A model generated the notes under the pieces. That model worked only from the letters and a program-made list of their open reading frames with translations, ran no database searches and was not told the DNA's origin. DNA of 64,000 nt, taken from the NCBI GenBank assembly GCA_036918135.1, contig JBALDB010000048.1:146077-210076 (forward strand), given 5' to 3'. Within the stretch, counting starts at the first letter, position 1. Each line of letters begins with the position of its first letter. Origin of the DNA: Nostoc sp. (lineage in GTDB: Bacteria > Cyanobacteriota > Cyanobacteriia > Cyanobacteriales > Nostocaceae). Positions 10,624 to 21,282 of the stretch are shown piece by piece. Both the position numbers and the translations under genes were made by a program.

Positions 10624-10774
10624 CAGGACTTACGCACTGACTACGATTTTACGTCATTACGAGCGAAGCGAACGCGAGTGCGTCTCGTAGAGAAGTAATC
10701 ACCAAAAACTCTGGGATTGCTTCCCTACACTACGTTCCGGTCGCAATGACATTGGGAGTGCTTGGCGGAGTCCT
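10624..10774. mobile_element. Composite nested small repeat element (MITE-like)
   Basis: Outer imperfect IR AGGACTTACGC...GGCGGAGTCCT; inner IR GTCATTACGA...TCGCAATGAC (10653-10750); innermost 22-nt insert at 10673-10694. Confidence 0.6.
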
Positions 10775-11313
10775 ACTTAAATTGGAACTTTCCAAGACAG
10801 TCAATTATCAGAAAATCCCAAAACTGAGAATAAAAAATAAATATATCCTACTTTCTACTTTCTTTTTGAAAGTAAAGAACACGAAGAAATAGTTCAAATA
10901 ATTCTTGGGTAACTACTAACTCAAACCAAGCACTGTTATAAAATCTTTATCAATAGTATGAGTTTTAATAATGTATCAAATAAAATTAACTTAACTAAAT
11001 ATTTTACAAAAAGCTTACCTTTTCTTAAACTTACACAATTAAAGTAACTGATAAATAGCTAAATGATTTTCTTCTATCTTACTAATAGATAGTTGAATGT
11101 AAAAGTTATTGACTACAAGCGGTGCATTATTTTGTGGTTACCAAAATTAACTAATTAGTAATTTTAATTTAGCAGAATATCAACTTGCTTGTGTTAATTA
11201 AAGGTGATAAGGTATAATCGGTGCTGTGATTTTGTGTGAAATCACCAGAGGTAAAGTGTTGATAAACATTTTGCCATGATTGGATTTAATTAGGTGTGAG
11301 TGAAAGTAAAAAT

Positions 11314-12951
11314 ATGACAAAGCAATTTTGGAATCTGATTAAAGTTAGTCCAATTGCGATCGCGGCTACATTTTTCGTGACAAATAGTGCCTTTGCTGCT
11401 GAAGTTAACGAAGAAGTCACAACTGTTAATCAGTTATCTCAAGCTGAAGATTCAAACAATATCGATCAAGTAACATCTGTTTCTCAGTTTTCGGATGTGC
11501 AGCCCACAGATTGGGCATTCCAAGCTTTACAATCCCTGGTTGAGCGCTACGGTTGTATTGCAGGTTATCCCAATAGTACCTATCGCGGTAACCGTGCTTT
11601 AACCCGTTATGAATTTGCCGCAGGTTTGAATGCCTGTTTAGACCGAGTTAACGAATTGATTGCTACAGCTACAGCCGACTTGGTAAGCAAACAAGACTTG
11701 GCTACCTTACAGCGTTTACAAGAAGAATTTTCTGCTGAACTAGCAACTTTACGCGGTCGTGTAGATGGCTTAGAAGCCCGCACTGCGGAGTTGGAAGCTA
11801 ATCAATTCTCCACTACTACCAAGTTGGTTGGAGAAGCAATTTTCGCTGCGTCTGATGTTTTTGGCAACCAAAGGGCTGATACAGATGCTAACCCTGACAA
11901 TAACCCAGACTTAAATAGCAATGCCACTTTTTCTGACCGGGTTCGTTTGAACTTATATAGCAGCTTTAGTGGTACAGACCAGTTGCAAATCCGGTTGAAT
12001 GCTAACAACACTATCTCTAATGCTGGTGTGAGCGGTACTAACATGACCCGTTTGGGTTTTGATGGTAATAATGGCAACTCTGTTGTCATCGATAAAGCTA
12101 ACTATGCTTTTAACTTCTCTGATGCAGTGCGTGTCAAAGTTGATGCCACTAATTTAGAATTATACGAAAACGTCAATACCTTCAACCCTGACTTTGCTAG
12201 CTCCGGTAGAGGTGCGCTCTCTCGTTATGGACGTTTCAGCCCGATTTATCGCCAAGGTCAAGGAGGCGCTGGTTTAACTGTTACTTTCAATCCTAAAGGT
12301 CCGATCAGTTTGACTGGTGCTTATGTAGCTAGGACTGCTAACGATCCTACCGTTAATAATGGTCTGTTCGATGGTGATAACGCTATCTTTGGTCAGTTAT
12401 TTTTCCAACCTAACAAAGCCTTTAGTGTTGGTCTAACCTATGCCCGTACTTATCAAAGTGATGGTGCTATAAACAACCTTTTCCAAGGTACAGGTAGTAC
12501 TTTTGCTAACAATCCTTTTGGAGTTGGCACTCGTACTTTAGCCAATAACTACGGTGTAGAAGCTAGCTTTCAATTTAGCCCTAAATTGGTGCTTAGTGGT
12601 TGGGGAGGTTATACAACTGCTGATGCTAAAACTGGTATTAATGCAGGTGCAGATGCAGATATTTGGTATTGGGCTGGATCGCTTGCTTTGAAAGACTTTG
12701 GTGGAGAAGGTAACGTCTTAGGCGTGATCTTTGGTCAACCACCTAGAGTTAGTGGTGGAAGTATAAAAAATGCTGCTGCCAATGTTGATTTAGACGACGA
12801 TACCTCTTATCACTTAGAGGGTCTTTACAAGTTCAGGGTCTCTGATAATTTGCAAATCACCCCTGGCTTGCTGGTAATCTTCAATCCAGAGCATAACAAC
12901 AACAACGATACTGAATACGTAGGTACTTTGCGTACTACCTTCACCTTCTAA
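11314..12951 (+). CDS. Cyanobacterial outer-membrane porin (SLH domain + OprB-type barrel, SomA-like)
   Basis: Signal peptide; FSDVQPTDWAFQALQSLVERYGC SLH motif; coiled coil; QFSTTTKL; C-terminal GTLRTTFTF. Confidence 0.93.
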   Translation: MTKQFWNLIKVSPIAIAATFFVTNSAFAAEVNEEVTTVNQLSQAEDSNNIDQVTSVSQFSDVQPTDWAFQALQSLVERYGCIAGYPNSTYRGNRALTRYEFAAGLNACLDRVNELIATATADLVSKQDLATLQRLQEEFSAELATLRGRVDGLEARTAELEANQFSTTTKLVGEAIFAASDVFGNQRADTDANPDNNPDLNSNATFSDRVRLNLYSSFSGTDQLQIRLNANNTISNAGVSGTNMTRLGFDGNNGNSVVIDKANYAFNFSDAVRVKVDATNLELYENVNTFNPDFASSGRGALSRYGRFSPIYRQGQGGAGLTVTFNPKGPISLTGAYVARTANDPTVNNGLFDGDNAIFGQLFFQPNKAFSVGLTYARTYQSDGAINNLFQGTGSTFANNPFGVGTRTLANNYGVEASFQFSPKLVLSGWGGYTTADAKTGINAGADADIWYWAGSLALKDFGGEGNVLGVIFGQPPRVSGGSIKNAAANVDLDDDTSYHLEGLYKFRVSDNLQITPGLLVIFNPEHNNNNDTEYVGTLRTTFTF

Positions 12952-12966
12952 AATTGGCAATTAGAT

Positions 12967-13000
12967 AAACAAAACCCCATTTTGAAGTGGGGTTTTGTTT
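12967..13000. terminator. Bidirectional intrinsic terminator
   Basis: AAACAAAACCCCA-ttttgaag-TGGGGTTTTGTTT between convergent genes. Confidence 0.8.
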
Positions 13001-13013
13001 AGGAAAAAATTGG

Positions 13014-13274
13014 CTATGTTGGATTATAATCTGGCTGGTTGGATAAATCTTTTGGGCGGCGATCGCTACTCCAAGCCCACCATACACAACCACACTGGCA
13101 ATAATAGAACTCTTGCCATTTACGACGACGGTCTTCTGTAAGTACAGGCGAGCGGCGATTTAACCAAACTTTTTCAGCTTCAAGGCTACTTGAGTAACAG
13201 CTAGGACAGCAGAACTCATAAGCGTGTACTGCCTTATTTGTCCATTCGGGTGGGAGCAGAGCAAAAGCATCCAT
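13014..13274 (-). CDS. Small Cys-rich (Zn-ribbon-like) hypothetical protein
   Basis: MDAFALLPPEW...CPSC...CQCG; ATG at 13274 preferred. Confidence 0.75.
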   Translation of the reverse strand: MDAFALLPPEWTNKAVHAYEFCCPSCYSSSLEAEKVWLNRRSPVLTEDRRRKWQEFYYCQCGCVWWAWSSDRRPKDLSNQPDYNPT

Positions 13275-13707
13275 GATCGGGACAGGGAGTAAAGAGTAGT
13301 GTAATTCAATCAATTGAAAAACACTGTAAAATGAGTAAATCAATATTCTTAAAAGCTTGTCTATTTGATTAATAAATCTGAATTTACAGAATCTTTCACC
13401 AATAAAAGACTTATTTTTTAAGAGTATTAAAGAAAGATTACAAATCAAAGATTAACACAAAAAGTCAATTTTTTTCAGGTCTTCGACTCAAGGGCGACTC
13501 CACAAATCTATAAAATTACTGTAGATAGGTATCTTAGGCATCCTACTATTATCAATTCTAAGGAACTGACAAATAAAAAAATATCCCAATATTTACACTC
13601 ATCAGTCAGCAGCTTAAAGTGGTTGTTTTTATTTCTTGGAGTTCCCTAACAAACTTGATATTTTAGGAACTACTCAACTATGGACATTATGGCTAATAAT
13701 TAAAATT

Positions 13708-14310
13708 ATGGAGCCAAATGCTGAAATTCGTCGTTTATTAGATGTCATGCCTGCTTCTGGTCGGATGATGACAAAAATTATTAGCAAGCCGGAGCAGGCA
13801 AAAGTGATTGACGCCTCCTTTCCCCAACCCTGGAATCAGGCGCGACCGATATATATTAATTTTGATTTGTGGCGTCGTCTGACAAAGCCGCAAAGAGACT
13901 TGCTGCTGTTGCAGATGGTTAGCTGGTTGACAGGGGTGAAGTGGTTTAAACCCGACATTTATCAAGGTGTAGTGCTGGCAGGGCTGTTAGGTGGATTATG
14001 GGAAGCAGCACAGTCGGATGTGGTGGGTATAGTGGTAGCTGGGGGATTAAGTGCGATCGCCTTTGTTCGCATTTGGCGGGCTAACAAATCTCAAGAGTCA
14101 GAGTTAAATGCCGATGCAGCAGCAATTCGGGTAGCACAACGGCGCGGCTATTCAGAAGTTGAAGCAGCGCAGCATTTGTTATCTGTAATTGAAGCCGTAG
14201 CCAAAATTGAAGGGCGTTCCAATTTAAATTTTAGCGAATTGATTCGTTGTCAAAATTTACGAGCGATCGCTGGTTTGTCACCAGTGAGTATGCCAGAAAA
14301 TTATCAGTAG
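13708..14310 (+). CDS. DUF3318 domain protein
   Basis: MEPNAEIRRLLDVMPASGRM...ELNADAAAIRVAQRRGY. Confidence 0.8.
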   Translation: MEPNAEIRRLLDVMPASGRMMTKIISKPEQAKVIDASFPQPWNQARPIYINFDLWRRLTKPQRDLLLLQMVSWLTGVKWFKPDIYQGVVLAGLLGGLWEAAQSDVVGIVVAGGLSAIAFVRIWRANKSQESELNADAAAIRVAQRRGYSEVEAAQHLLSVIEAVAKIEGRSNLNFSELIRCQNLRAIAGLSPVSMPENYQ

Positions 14311-14478
14311 AAATGAGTCATAATTTCGAATTGAGCAGGTGAAGTTAAAAACTGCTTAGTCTAAACTCCAGTTAATTATGTCTACCTATTTCAAAAGTAG
14401 CAATAAATGTCTTTCATAACCAGGGGGAACCAACTGTGTATATAAATTTCAGGAAATTAATTTAATTTTCAGCTAACA

Positions 14479-16020
14479 ATGTTAAATAAAAAAAATCTCA
14501 AATTTACTTCAATATTACCTTTTCGTTCTCCTTGGTTTATTATCATCATTTTTTCTGCTCTTGGTTTAATCGGTATTCTCAACCATTCGATGTGGCGAGA
14601 TGAACTAAATCCCTGGCTTATCATTAGAGATAGTGAATCCTTGGGAGATTTAATTGCAAATATTCATTATGAAGGTCATCCTGTTCTCTGGTATTTTTCT
14701 CTAGCATTTATGAGAAAAATAGTCGATCATCCTATTATTATGCAAATTTTTCATTGGGCAATTACTGTTGCTTCAATTACTCTTTTTTGCCTATATAGCC
14801 CTTTTAACTATCAACAAAAGTTTCTGTTTTCGTTTGGTTACTTTACTTTTTATGAATATCTTTTAATTTCTCGAAACTATGCCTTTAGTATGTTGTTTGT
14901 TTTTGCATTCTGTACAATTTTTTCATCGAGAAAAATAACTTATATTTATTTAACAATTTTATTGAGTTTATTAGCAAATAGCAGTGCTTATGGTTTACTA
15001 GTATCATTTTCTTTATCATTGACTTTACTTGCTGAATTTTGTTTTGATAGCGAACATCGCAATCAATATTTTAGTCAAAGTCAAAAATATGATTTACTTT
15101 TAAGTATTTTGATTATTATATTTTCTTTTATTTTCTCAATTTATATTTTAACACCTCCGGCAGATAGTTATCTTTATGGTGGCTTAAATAATGGTTGGGT
15201 AATGCAATTAGATTTTCGCCATTTCTTGAGAAGTATAGGTAGAATATTTGGTGGTTATTTATTAATTATTCCTCAACATAAAAGATGGCTTGATTTAATT
15301 ATTTGTGCAATAATTATTTTATTTATTACCATCTTAATTTCACTCAGATTATCTAAAAAACCAGTTATTTTATTTTTTTATATTATAGGAAATAGTGTAA
15401 TATTTGCCTTTACATACTTGAGATTTTCTGGTATGCCGAGGCATTTTGGACATTTCTATTTAATTTTGATAGCGGCTTTATGGCTGCAAAGCTATTATCA
15501 AGAGTCTTCCGCTTTAGTCAATAAATTTTCTATCCGTCCCCATTCAATTGCATTTGTTCGTAATTGGTATAATATTGCTTTCATGTTAATTCTTTATGTT
15601 CATTTATTGGGAGGAATTTATAGTTTTTCCAGAGATTTAATCGTACCATTTTCTGCCAGTCGGGAAACAGCTCAATATCTTCAAAAAGTTGGTTTAGATA
15701 ATGAATTTATCGTTGCCAGTCGCGATGCAAATATGGCTCCCTTATCAGGTTATTTAAATCGCAAGTTCTACTATCCTGAGCTAAAAAAAATGGGAAGCTT
15801 CACCCTATTTAATAAAGGTCGTCAAGATGTTGAACAAGTTGAGATTTTAAACCAAATTAATTCTCTACTAAAACAAGATAGGCAAAATAAAATTTTGCTA
15901 ATTCTGAATAAAAAACTAAATGTCAGCCACAATGATTTGAAGATTGTTCCGATTAAAGATTTTGAAAGAGACTGGGTGGATAGCGAACGATATTATCTTT
16001 ATTGGGTAAATGAAGTATAA
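14479..16020 (+). CDS. Polytopic membrane protein, probable GT-C glycosyltransferase
   Basis: Many TM segments; HSMWRDE, YEGHPVLW and SRNYA motifs; visibly AT-rich. Confidence 0.65.
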   Translation: MLNKKNLKFTSILPFRSPWFIIIIFSALGLIGILNHSMWRDELNPWLIIRDSESLGDLIANIHYEGHPVLWYFSLAFMRKIVDHPIIMQIFHWAITVASITLFCLYSPFNYQQKFLFSFGYFTFYEYLLISRNYAFSMLFVFAFCTIFSSRKITYIYLTILLSLLANSSAYGLLVSFSLSLTLLAEFCFDSEHRNQYFSQSQKYDLLLSILIIIFSFIFSIYILTPPADSYLYGGLNNGWVMQLDFRHFLRSIGRIFGGYLLIIPQHKRWLDLIICAIIILFITILISLRLSKKPVILFFYIIGNSVIFAFTYLRFSGMPRHFGHFYLILIAALWLQSYYQESSALVNKFSIRPHSIAFVRNWYNIAFMLILYVHLLGGIYSFSRDLIVPFSASRETAQYLQKVGLDNEFIVASRDANMAPLSGYLNRKFYYPELKKMGSFTLFNKGRQDVEQVEILNQINSLLKQDRQNKILLILNKKLNVSHNDLKIVPIKDFERDWVDSERYYLYWVNEV

Positions 16021-16419
16021 AGATATATACGCTAAAGAGTTTTGGAGTTCTTAGGCAGAGATTAGAGTAATCTTTAGTAAAAGATATTTCATTAAAGCTA
16101 CAGCAAGGAACTAATCCTGCTATCTTAGGCGTTTTATAGCGCTGTTCTGTTTGAGAGAATAAAGGCTTGTTTGTTGTACAAGCAGAATGTATTACCACAT
16201 TGAAAAATCAAGCTTTTACATCCTTTGACTAGCTTACCACTACTGATAACTAGCTGCGATCGCTAAAGCTACTTTACACTGGAATATGAGAATGTGTCGT
16301 TAACTGACTTAAATGTCAGAGACTAAAGAGTTTATTCATACCTTCTTGGTATTGGTTATAAACTACCTACCTTGTGTAGGAAAACTTAATTGAAATTCTG
16401 TCAGTGACTAACGGAGTTG

Positions 16420-16614
16420 ATGAGAATGAACTTTATTCTTTTTGTCTTAGCAGTGGTTTATGTAGGCGGCGCTTGGAAGTTTTGGAATGGGTTTGCGCGG
16501 ACTAATTTTAATCCAAGTTTGACCAATCGCATTGGTTTATCTTTGCTATGGCCGGCTTTGTTTATTACTAATCAATCCTATCGTCGAAACTTTAGAAAGG
16601 CATTAAAGGGTTAG
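16420..16614 (+). CDS. Small membrane hypothetical protein
   Basis: Two hydrophobic segments and basic tail; GGAG upstream. Confidence 0.65.
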   Translation: MRMNFILFVLAVVYVGGAWKFWNGFARTNFNPSLTNRIGLSLLWPALFITNQSYRRNFRKALKG

Positions 16615-16678
16615 AATTTACTGTTAAGTAAATTTCAGCTTGACAGTGACATCTATCTTAATATAAATTCAATTGACT

Positions 16679-16709
16679 AACCCCCCTTTCTTACTAAGAA
16701 AGGGGGGTT
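16679..16709. terminator. Strong hairpin between convergent genes
   Basis: AACCCCCCTTTCTT-act-AAGAAAGGGGGGTT. Confidence 0.7.
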
Positions 16710-16773
16710 GAATTTGCTCATCCAAAAAGGAGAGAAGTCATGGATTAATTCCTAATGTCGTTGATAGTAGGAA

Positions 16774-17172
16774 TTATTTACCATTGGTGATAAGGTGGAT
16801 TACTCCACCGACGGCTGCGCCATCAACAGCGTTACCAAGGGTGTCTCTCCGGTCACCAGTTATTACGCCGGTCAATGCGCTAGCGCCTGCACCAACTCCG
16901 ACATCTTGAACCGCACTCCGGTGACGACGATCTCTTCTAAGTCCATTTGCACCGTTGACGGCTGCACCAGTGGCACCACCCTTAACAGCATTACCTAATA
17001 CACCACCATTTCCTCTGATAGCTCCGGTTACTACATTGGTTGCAGCACCAATACCGATATCACGTAGTACTTGGTCATCAGCAGCAGCAGGTTTGACGGG
17101 TGCTAAAGTAACACCAGCTAGACTTGCAGCCATCAAACTGGGTAAAAGTGTACGTTTTAAAATTGCATTCAT
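16774..17172 (-). CDS. Secreted glycine-zipper repeat protein
   Basis: Signal peptide (PAAA) and two repeats of DxGxGA...VTG...LGNAVxGxAxG. Confidence 0.75.
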   Translation of the reverse strand: MNAILKRTLLPSLMAASLAGVTLAPVKPAAADDQVLRDIGIGAATNVVTGAIRGNGGVLGNAVKGGATGAAVNGANGLRRDRRHRSAVQDVGVGAGASALTGVITGDRRDTLGNAVDGAAVGGVIHLITNGK

Positions 17173-17901
17173 TTGTATTACCTTCTCAAAACATCAAACA
17201 ATTGAATAAAGTTCAAAGTTACTGGAGTCAGACAAAATCTGATTTTTTCGTTTGGACAACAGCAACTATTTATTGTTTGAGAACACATACATGATGACAT
17301 TTACGAAACTATAATTACTTCTACTACAAGCATGAGTTTACATTCAGTCTAGAGAAGGCCTTGCAGATTTAGTAGGTAATTCTGGGGATTACATATTGAC
17401 AAAATAGATGAAATATAGTGTAGAGTTTTTTGGACATAAGGTGTGGAGTTTTTCATGACTAGTAAGGGATTTGTGATGCTAAACCGCATAGGGTTTACCC
17501 TATCTATCTAAAGATAGTTGCCAAAATAGTTAAACTAAACTATTGGGGTAAAATTTAATTATCAAGCTTAGCAGCCAAGCGTTTTGCTCGTAGCCTGTGC
17601 TTTGGGCGATCGCTGTTTGTTGCTTGTTGCTCTATATCTTCTGCGCCTGAAGCAGTTCGATCTGCACGTTCTGGGAAATGTAGTTGTTTGTTCATACCTA
17701 AAATCAAGTGAAATATGGGGCTATTGCTAGGCTATCTTCAGTACCAAGCTGAAACTTAAGTCTCAAAGGCGCAAGTGCAGCAATAATTAACCTGACAACC
17801 ACATCAACAAGTAGAAACCACATAGATTGGATCTTAAAAGATAGCCGTGTATGGTATAGAAATGTATAGAATCTTGAAAAGATATAAAATATAGTTTTTA
17901 A

Positions 17902-18618
17902 ATGTACACATTTTCACCATCTTCCTCAATGCAGCTGTCTGTACGACCAAAACACTTTCAGCCTATGAAGATCGTCGCACTGGGGGACAGCTTAATATAT
18001 GGATTTGGCGACCCGGAAAAAGGGGGTTGGATTGAACAACTACGGCGATGGTGGATGTTGCCGGATAGTGCTGGTCATGTTCTTTATAATTTAGGCGTCA
18101 GGGGCGATCGCACGCAACAAGTAGCCCAAAGGCTAGAAGTTGAATTTCGTCATCGTGGTGAACTGCGAAATCGCGTTCCCGACTTGATTATTTTATCAGT
18201 AGGCGTGAATGATTCAGCGCGTTTAGCGCGTGCTGATGGGCGAAGTTACACAGATTTTAACGTATTTGAAAAGGAAATCGCTTCTCTGTTAGATTTGGCA
18301 CAGCAACTCTGTCCTGTGTTGTTTGTCGGTATGGTGCCAGTAGATGAAGCTAAGATGCCATTTTTAGATTGTTTTTATTATAATCATGCGGATCAGTACC
18401 GCTACAAACAAGCAACGCGGATTGCTTGTTATAAACGGCAAATTCCCTATTTGGATATTTTTGATAAATGGATGGAACGCGGTGAAGCTTGGCGGCTCAA
18501 ACGTTTGAGTGATGACGGACTACATCCCAATACACTAGGTTATCAAGCCTTGTTAGAAGATGTAATAAATTGGGATGCCATTGCAAATTATCACTCTCTG
18601 AATTTGATTACCACCTGA
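17902..18618 (+). CDS. GDSL/SGNH hydrolase
   Basis: GDSL, NLGVRG, GVND and DGLHP blocks. Confidence 0.92.
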   Translation: MYTFSPSSSMQLSVRPKHFQPMKIVALGDSLIYGFGDPEKGGWIEQLRRWWMLPDSAGHVLYNLGVRGDRTQQVAQRLEVEFRHRGELRNRVPDLIILSVGVNDSARLARADGRSYTDFNVFEKEIASLLDLAQQLCPVLFVGMVPVDEAKMPFLDCFYYNHADQYRYKQATRIACYKRQIPYLDIFDKWMERGEAWRLKRLSDDGLHPNTLGYQALLEDVINWDAIANYHSLNLITT

Positions 18619-18791
18619 GAGGATGTTTGAAAAGTCTGTAGTAGTGTATTAAATATTTTTTTACCCTACCGATCCCTCCTCGATGTATTGAGGAGGGAAC
18701 TAAATTGTTTAGTCTCCCCCCTTTATAAAGGAGGATTAAGAGGGGTAAAAATGTAATTAGAACTACTATCAACCACTTTTAGAACAACCTC
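18619..18791. mobile_element. MITE-like repeat
   Basis: Terminal IR GAGGATGTTTGAAAAGT ... ACTTTTAGAACAACCTC with internal hairpins; a partial copy starts at 43122. Confidence 0.55.
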
Positions 18792-18804
18792 CTACTCTCC
18801 ACTC

Positions 18805-19239
18805 ATGACACCAACTTTATTTGGTCGCTGGCAAACTCGATTATTATTACTTGCAACTGTAGGCGTATTCGTATCTTTACCCTTTGCAATAGGTTTGATT
18901 GGTTCTGGTGCTAACTCAGTTTATTTTTGGATACTTGGTTATATCGCTGTCTTTGGCTTAGGTTGGGATGTACTTTATAACTATCTCCAAAAATTTCGCT
19001 GGGACAGAGATTGGCCGGCAATTTATCAACTTTTAGCTGGTATTTGGGAATTCATTTTTGTGTTCTGTGGAATTAAAGTGTTTGGCTTGTTACCAATACC
19101 TTTACCAAAGGAAGAACTGTCACCAACAGATTTTTTATTGCACTATAGCGTCGTGTGGTTAGCAGTTTTTATTACTTCTCAAAGCCTGATGCGAATTATC
19201 TTTCTCCGTTGGCGTTTCCGGGGTGGACAGTGGTTATAA
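18805..19239 (+). CDS. Hypothetical membrane protein
   Basis: MTPTLFGRWQTR...RWDRDWP...RWRFRGGQWL; four hydrophobic segments. Confidence 0.75.
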   Translation: MTPTLFGRWQTRLLLLATVGVFVSLPFAIGLIGSGANSVYFWILGYIAVFGLGWDVLYNYLQKFRWDRDWPAIYQLLAGIWEFIFVFCGIKVFGLLPIPLPKEELSPTDFLLHYSVVWLAVFITSQSLMRIIFLRWRFRGGQWL

Positions 19240-19735
19240 TTCGTAATTTTTGAAAATCAAATTTTATCTGCGTTTATAAATATTTGTATTTGTAATAGGG
19301 TAGTACAAGTGTGCTGCCCTACCTTTGTATTCAAATCAAATCAAATGTATTGTAAGTTAAATCTTCAGCTATAAACCCTATCTACACAGGTAGACAAAAC
19401 AAGGAGCTTAAGCTCGTTGTTGTTTTTCTCTTAACTCATAAAGATAGGCTACGTTTATATAAAATTCTATTCACAATTGCTGAATTTGACACCAATAGGC
19501 ATTACTGTGCTAATAAAAATATACTCGTATTATTGTTCACTTCAATTTCAACCATAGGACATTAATGCCAACAGCAAGTTGCTGTCTTTTTAACTCATGC
19601 TAAAGCTGCAATAAAGGATATTTTCAGGTTATACCTGGAAAAGATATTTTTTTAGAGGGAAATCAAGCGAGTATTTTATACTTCTTAAACGTCCTCTAAA
19701 AACTTTCAATTTAAATTTCTACTCAATAAAGTACA

Positions 19736-21025
19736 ATGTCGAATTTTCAACTAGTTATTCAGCTATTTCTGCAACTTACACTAATTTTAGCCACTTGTCG
19801 GGTCATCACGATTTTAGGACGCCGCTATCTTGGTCAAACTGATGTTGTTTGCGAAATGATTGCAGGTGTCATGCTAGGGCCATCATTTTTAGGTTTGATT
19901 GCACCAAATTTTCAGCAATGGCTATTTCCTAAGCTGCCGATTATCACTGCTTTAGGAGATAAGATACCCAATCCATCAATGTCGATTTTATATGCTATTA
20001 GCCAAATTGGGTTAGTAATTTATATGTTTTTGATTGGTTTAGAGTTCAATACAAAACTCTTAAAACACCATATTAAAAGTGCAGGTTTATTATCTGCTGC
20101 CGGAATTATTACTCCGTTTATCTTGGGAGCGATCGCTTCTTTTTGGTTATATCACAATGGCAATTTCTTTCAACCAAAAGTAGTGCCTTGGTCAGCGGCT
20201 TTGTATCTAGGTGCATCGATGACAATTACCGCTTTTCCGATGTTAGCTCGCATTCTTTACGAACGCGGACTTGCACAAACTCGCTTCGGGACTTTGGCTT
20301 TAGGTGCAGCATCGGTAGATGATGGAGTTGCTTGGTGTTTGCTGGCGATCGTGCTTGCTAGTGTGAAAAATTCTATCAACATCGCCATATTAGCAATTGG
20401 TGGTGGCATTTGCTACGTGTTATTTGCAATTTTTATTGGACAACGTGGACTTAAAGTTTTCACGCGCATGACAAAACGTGATGCGGGTGTGAACAGACAA
20501 ACACTGACTTTATTGTTAATAATTTTGATGTTTTGTGCTTGGTTTACTGATATCACAGGTATCTATGCAATATTCGGTGCATTTGTGTTGGGAGTAATAA
20601 CACCACGCGGGGAGTTTGCCCAACAAATTCGCCAATATACAGAGTTTTTCACTACTTCTTTTTTATTGCCGATATTTTTTGTCTTTTCTGGATTAAACAC
20701 TCAAATCGGACTAGTAAACACACCTGCATTATGGGGAATTACCTGCTTAATTGTGGCGATCGCAATTTTTGGTAAAGGTATTGCTTGTATGTTAGCAGCA
20801 AAATTAGCAGGAGAAAATTGGCGGGAATCAGCAACTATTGGTGCTCTGATGAATGCTCGCGGTTTGATGGAGTTAATTATCCTCAATATTGGGCTTGAAC
20901 AAGGTATAATCACGCCTACTTTATTCACTATCATGGTTATTATGGCTATAGTTACTACACTCATGGCATCTCCGCTGATTGCCTTTTTGTTGCACGGTAC
21001 AAGCTATGAAAAATTTACCGTTTAA
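19736..21025 (+). CDS. Cation:proton antiporter (CPA2/KefB-like)
   Basis: EMIAGVMLGPS, ITAFPMLARIL, SVDD and MNARGLMELI motifs. Confidence 0.9.
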   Translation: MSNFQLVIQLFLQLTLILATCRVITILGRRYLGQTDVVCEMIAGVMLGPSFLGLIAPNFQQWLFPKLPIITALGDKIPNPSMSILYAISQIGLVIYMFLIGLEFNTKLLKHHIKSAGLLSAAGIITPFILGAIASFWLYHNGNFFQPKVVPWSAALYLGASMTITAFPMLARILYERGLAQTRFGTLALGAASVDDGVAWCLLAIVLASVKNSINIAILAIGGGICYVLFAIFIGQRGLKVFTRMTKRDAGVNRQTLTLLLIILMFCAWFTDITGIYAIFGAFVLGVITPRGEFAQQIRQYTEFFTTSFLLPIFFVFSGLNTQIGLVNTPALWGITCLIVAIAIFGKGIACMLAAKLAGENWRESATIGALMNARGLMELIILNIGLEQGIITPTLFTIMVIMAIVTTLMASPLIAFLLHGTSYEKFTV

Positions 21026-21085
21026 GCACATTTATATAGAAAATTAAGAATTAATTCTTGATACTAACTACAGCAAAGTACCTAA

Positions 21086-21177
21086 TGCTATTAACGGTAG
21101 TAGAGCATTGAGCCAGTGTTGTTAGCTTTCTTTGGGGCGTTGAGCTAGTGCTGAGTTTGAGTTAAGAGTTAGGAGTT
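21086..21177. repeat. Two degenerate copies of a ~31-nt small dispersed repeat within GAGTTAG-type heptamers
   Basis: TATTAACGGTAGTAGAGCATTGAGCCAGTG and TGTTAGCTTTCTTTGGGGCGTTGAGCTAGTG; same family as the copies at ~31430-31460 and in recO. Confidence 0.6.
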
Positions 21178-21282
21178 ATATCAAGTTCGGACAATTACTT
21201 ATTATTAAAATCTCTTTGCGTCAAAGCGTCCCGGTGTCCCTGTATCAATTCTTATAATAAGTCTTCAACCGAACATGATATT
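21178..21282. mobile_element. MITE-like repeat (second copy at 44273-44359)
   Basis: IR ATATCAAGTTCGG...CCGAACATGATAT with internal TACTTATTATT...TAATAAGT. Confidence 0.5.
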
